DNA from: Magallana gigas
Taxonomy: Eukaryota
DNA: 64,000 bases
Direction of reading: 5' to 3'
Assembly: GCF_963853765.1 (NCBI RefSeq)
Contig: NC_088859.1
Coordinates: 3,596,001-3,660,000 of the forward strand
Shown: in pieces, positions 59,331 to 64,000 of the stretch
How the letters are laid out: the number at the start of each line of letters is the position of its first letter
Position numbering within the stretch: position 1 is the first letter of the stretch
The notes under the pieces: model-generated
Seen by the model: the letters and a program-made list of their open reading frames with translations, nothing else
What the model was told of the DNA's origin: nothing
Database searches by the model: none
Position numbers and translations under genes: made by a program

Positions 59331-61582
59331 AACTGCATGATGAAAAAAATGCAGCGTAAAAAATCAAGTACAAAAATAATCTACTAAATATTTCAACTCA
59401 CGAACAGCAGGAATGAATTCTCAAACCCACAAATCCATTACAAAGAAAAGCGACAGCTAAAGAAAAAAAACCCCACAATACAATAGAAACTGACAACAAA
59501 AGAATTCAGCCAAGTCCGAATCACTGAATAGGGCTCTCAAAGTGAGTAGCACGTGCCACTGACCATTGTAAACAAACCCTATCCTGGTCACGGCACCAAA
59601 TAATGTAGCAGGTCAGTGCCGTATAGGTTTTTATCAGTACTTCGCGTTGTGTTTATTTTTGTTTTGAGACCGAAATTTGACCTCTACATTACCAAACTTT
59701 ACTAAATTATAAATAAGGTATGAAAACGACTTTACTCTCAATATAGATAAACCAGATATAATAAACCAAACCCAAAGTAAATGAAAACCAAGATTAACAA
59801 CCCTTTATAAATTTATTATAACAAAATAAGAACACAAGGCAATAGCATATACTTAAAATCCCCAAACCCTAAAACCTAACTTTAACAGGGACCTAAATAG
59901 ACAGACGAGACGGGCCGGGACTCAGGAGAAAAGTAGCTAGCGAAACCAGCTGTCTCCCTCCCCCTCTCTGCTTCAGGAGAAAAGTAGCTAGCGAAACCAG
60001 CCGTCTCCTTCCCCCTCTCTGCTTCAGGAGAAAAGTAGCTAGCGAAACCAGCCGTCTCCTTCGTCAAATAAGGACTTACATGGGTTTATATATGGGACAG
60101 AACAATAGACAAATGTCATTAAAGTTATTGGCTATCGTATAAAGTGGGCGTTACCAAAGTAATAGAATAAATCGCATTGGGATCGGAATACGAATAATAA
60201 TAAATAGAAACGAAATCCCGATCTACCACAATAAATTTGTTATAACAGATTATTAATTATTAACAGTTTATTAATTATTAACAGATTATCAATTTGTTAT
60301 AACAGATTATTAATTTGTTATAACAAATAAGTAATTTGTTATAACAAATTAGTAATTTGTTATAACAAATTAATAATTTGTAATAACAAATTAATAATTT
60401 GTTTTAATAAATTAATAATAGCATAGAGATATCATAGCATTGCATAGAAATCTCGTAGCATTGCATTTTCATACTATTTTTTGGTATGCTATGATATTTT
60501 CAATGTTTTGTAATGAGATTCCATTGCTATGCTATGATAGTTGACTGTCATTTTATGCATATCTATTACAATCTCATGCTATGCTGTGCTATGAGATCCG
60601 AGTAATGTTTCGAGATTCATAAGCAATGATATGAGATTCCTATGGAATTCTGTAAGATTTCTATGCCATGCTATATTAAATTGAAATGAAATGCTTAATG
60701 ATATGGTTAGCAATGCTATGATCAATGAGAATCATATGAAATGCTATAGGATTCAAATGCTTTATAATGTATATCGATGCTTTGCTATGAAATTTAAATA
60801 ACATAGCATTAAAATCATATTACATAACATTTAATTCTTATAGCATATCACTTGATTCTCATTCATCATAGCATAACATAACCTAGCACAGCATACCATA
60901 TCATATAATATCATATATCTTCATAGAGCATTTCATTTAAATTTACTAAAACAAAAGCATATAATGATATGCTATGATATTTCGATGCTATTCAATGTTA
61001 TTGATATAAAACGCTAAATGATGCTTTGCTATGATGAATGAAAATCAAATTATATGCTATAAGATTCCAATGGTATATAATGTAATTCCAATGCTATGCT
61101 ATGGAATTTAGATAACATATCATTGGAATTACATTGCATAGGATTGGATCTTATTGCATATCATTTGATTCTCATTCATCATAGCATAACAAAACCTAGC
61201 ACAGCATACCATATCATGTAATATCATATATCATGAGAAAGCATTTTAATTTACCAAAAAATAGTATGAAAATGCAATGCTACGAGATTTCTATGCAATG
61301 CTATATGATATCTGCATGCTATTATTAATCTGTTAATACAAATTATGAATTTGTAATATCAAATTACTAATTTGTTATAACAAATTGATTATCTGTTATA
61401 ACAAATTGATAATCTGGTATAACAAATTACTAATCTGTTATAACAAATTAATAATTTGTTAAAACAAATTACTAATCTGTTATAACAAATTGATAATCTG
61501 TTATAACAAATTAATAAAAAATACTGCGGCGACCCTAATACGCTTCCGTAGTTGTAACCTATAGCTTTCGAATGCTAATATA

Positions 61583-62456
61583 TATGGCACGCCAAATTAA
61601 AAAAAAATGAACTACACATGTACACAGTTTAATTAAACAGTCGATAAATTATAAATGTATCGACTGTTATTAATAGTTTAAGAACCGCAAAAACGATTCG
61701 TTCACCATATAGTTTTTATCTGTGAAACCACATTTTCATAACGCTTCACGATTTTTTTTTCTGTCTGTTACATGTAAAACAAGATTTTACTGATGAGTAT
61801 ATATAAAGATTCACATCTATGGCACGCCAAATTCACAAGAATGAGCTAAACATGGGTTCACAATTGGTAAATTAGGTTTATCGACTGTTAACCATAATTT
61901 ACGAACCGCAAACTATATGGTTAACGATTCTTTAACTATAGTTTTCATCTGTAAAACTATATTTAAAGGTTGTAAACTATAGTTAACGAATGATAATCTA
62001 AGTTTATCTGTCTGCAAATAACGTTAAAGATTTTGCTGATAGAAATAGATTCACATCTGTAACCTACAATTTACATAATCATAGTTTTACAATCGTGAAA
62101 CCATTATGATCAGAAAAATTATGTTTTGCAATCGCAAATGGTTTTATTCAGTGTAAATTATATTTTTTCGCTTCTTTAACATAGATGATCGCGTGAACTT
62201 TGGTTTACAGATGTGAAATATAGATTAACGGCGTCAAATAAAGTTTCACGAATGATAAACTTGGTTTATCGACAGTTAATTATAGTTTACGAACGCTAAA
62301 CTACAGTTAATAACAGTTTATTGTAAACTATAGTTTACTAACCGTAAAACTATATAGTTAACAATTCGTTAACTATAATATATAACGGTTGTAAATTATA
62401 GTTTATGAATGATAATCTAAGTTTATCCGTCTGTAAATAACTTCAACGATAGAATT

Positions 62457-62550
<94 letters not shown>

Positions 62551-62672
62551 TCGTGAGTTCAAGCCCCGGCCGGGGCGGAGGTGGAGCTCCAAAAAATCTG
62601 TGCTTTATGTATATCTTTATCATTCACTATGGGCAGGTATATGTCAATTGGAGAGTTATTGCAATGTTTGTG

Positions 62673-62754
<82 letters not shown>

Positions 62755-63420
62755 CATCTGTAAACTATAATTTACATCAGTTAACCATAGTAAAGAGTTG
62801 TTAATTATAATTTCACAATCGTGAAACTATATTTATCAGATAAACCTTTTGCATATGCAAATGGTTGTTTTCAATGTTAATTATAGTTTTACACTTCTGA
62901 AACATATATGATGGCGTTATGACTATGGTTTACAGTTGTGAAGTAAAGATTGTCGTCTTGAACTATAATAGTTTTCTGTCCGTAAACCATAGTTTACAAC
63001 CGTTAAACCTAGTTTATCGACTGTGAAACTATGATTATAGCTTAATTTTATGAAATTGGCATGCCATATAGTTGACAGTGAAACTGTAGTTTACAGTTAA
63101 CTAAAGTTTACGATTTGTAAACTATAGTTTAAAGTCGATAAACCAACTGTATCAACTGTGAAACTATTGTTATCGCATATTTTTTCCATCTGTAAACCAT
63201 AGTTAACACGATCTTCTATGTTTTGGAAGTATAAACAATAATTAACACTAAAAACAACCATTTGGGATTACAAAACATAGTTTACCTGATAAATATAGTT
63301 TAACTATTGGGAACTATAACAACTCTTAAGTATAGTTAAAGAGTGAAAATCATAGTTAACAGATGTGTATGGTACGCCAAATTAACAAAAAAGTGAGATT
63401 ATAATAGTTAACGAAATATT
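61583..63420. repeat. Nested TATGG-terminated elements made of ~21-bp aactatagtt units
   Basis: tatggcacgccaaatt at 61583 and 61818, tatggtacgccaaatt at 63368, and the inverted aattggcatgccata ending at 63068. No convincing TSD. Confidence 0.7.
62461..62751. repeat. Two (TA)n microsatellites flanking a short tRNA-SINE-like fragment
   Basis: (ta)n at 62461-62547 and ~62676-62751. Between them ggtcgtgagttcaagccc resembles a Pol III B-box. Confidence 0.6.
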
Positions 63421-64000
63421 AACTATCACCATGTAAAATGTATATTCTACATGTTGCGAACATTTTCTATAGTTTAGCTTGTTGGTAAATTATCGTTATT
63501 TACTCTTCTTAATTATCGTGAAATTCCTCCTGACTGTGATGTGATAGAATGTAAATTAGTGTTTATCAAACGTCTTAACTGTAACAAAGAAATGGGACAT
63601 CAAAGTAATCAAGTGTAGCTATAGGAAAGATACTTATTAGAAAGGCAGGATTGAAGGACAATGGTTTCAGCTAACAAATGTGTGTTTGACACTAATAGAG
63701 TTAATGCAATTACATATAACAATTAGCGGATTAACGCAGGTGAATAAATGGGCGTTTACCTGGACGATGGTCAGTTAGGATTAAGAAATATATTCTCTGA
63801 TTGGGTGATTTATATATGTCAATTATTTAGAGGGTCACGCCAGTAAAATAATAATATATGTTTTAGAAATGATTGTAGGTTAGTTGAAGAGAGTAGAGAG
63901 TCAGAGTTCGATAGTTGGAGGTTAAGAGTCAAGGTACAAGTCGTTCGTCTAATCCGTTACGTTTTCCCTCACCGTCATATGTAGGTTAACATTAAGTTAG

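Larger units (their letters stand above)
56321..60230 (-). mobile_element. Gag-only (pol-less) Ty3/Gypsy-like LTR retrotransposon, 3910 bp
   Basis: 627-bp LTRs at 56321-56947 and 59604-60230 (TG...CA, no differences spotted by eye). 4-bp TSD ATAA (56317-56320, 60231-60234). PBS TGGTGCCGTGACCAGGAT at 59581-59598 matches the tRNA-His 3' end. PPT aaggggggaggaa abuts the 3' LTR at 56948-56960. Confidence 0.95.
56154..61550. mobile_element. Foldback-like element: inverted 21-bp arrays (ttgttataacagattagtaat) around a core at 60420-61320 with ~65-bp inverted ends; right terminus ...cgcttccgta
   Basis: Left array at 56154-56320 and 60231-60419 (split by the LTR element); reverse-complement array at 61321-61520. 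agcat...catactattttttggta is mirrored by taccaaaaaatagtatg...atgct. The minus strand at 61550 reads TACGG. Left terminus not found. Confidence 0.7.

Noticed and set aside
62423-62804. YIYIYI ORFs
   Set aside because: (TA)n microsatellite translations.
63530-64000. Possible start of another LTR or promoter at the window end
   Set aside because: No second LTR, PBS or ORF within the window to support it.

Overview
Eukaryotic, AT-rich, intron-rich genomic DNA from a bivalve mollusc, most likely an oyster; this is inferred from the vasa N-terminus and the repeat types. Three complete spliced genes could be assembled by hand with frame-consistent GT-AG junctions: vasa/DDX4 (+, 10324-18677, 15 coding exons, ~791 aa), a CIMAP2/LEXM-like ciliary gene (-, 22967-30475, 10 exons, ~424 aa) and NIPBL/Nipped-B (-, 33122-53566, 50 coding exons, ~1965 aa). 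Both flanks and many introns carry mobile DNA. This includes an intact DDE transposase with a 21-bp subterminal array and a TATGG end (IS3EU-like), a 5'-truncated LINE nested in a TIR element, and Helentron-type HINEs with satellite cargo. There are also Kolobok-, P- and Tc1/mariner-type MITEs, hairpin MITEs, and a young gag-only LTR retroelement nested in 21-bp-periodic arrays. The most unusual observations are an 18-copy in-frame 60-bp amplification of a NIPBL splice donor, the pol-less LTR element with its stop-interrupted gag, PAM2-like motif and hydrophobic 3' ORF, and the recurrence of ~21-bp arrays next to TAYGG ends. No databases were searched. Family names come from recalled signatures and need verification.
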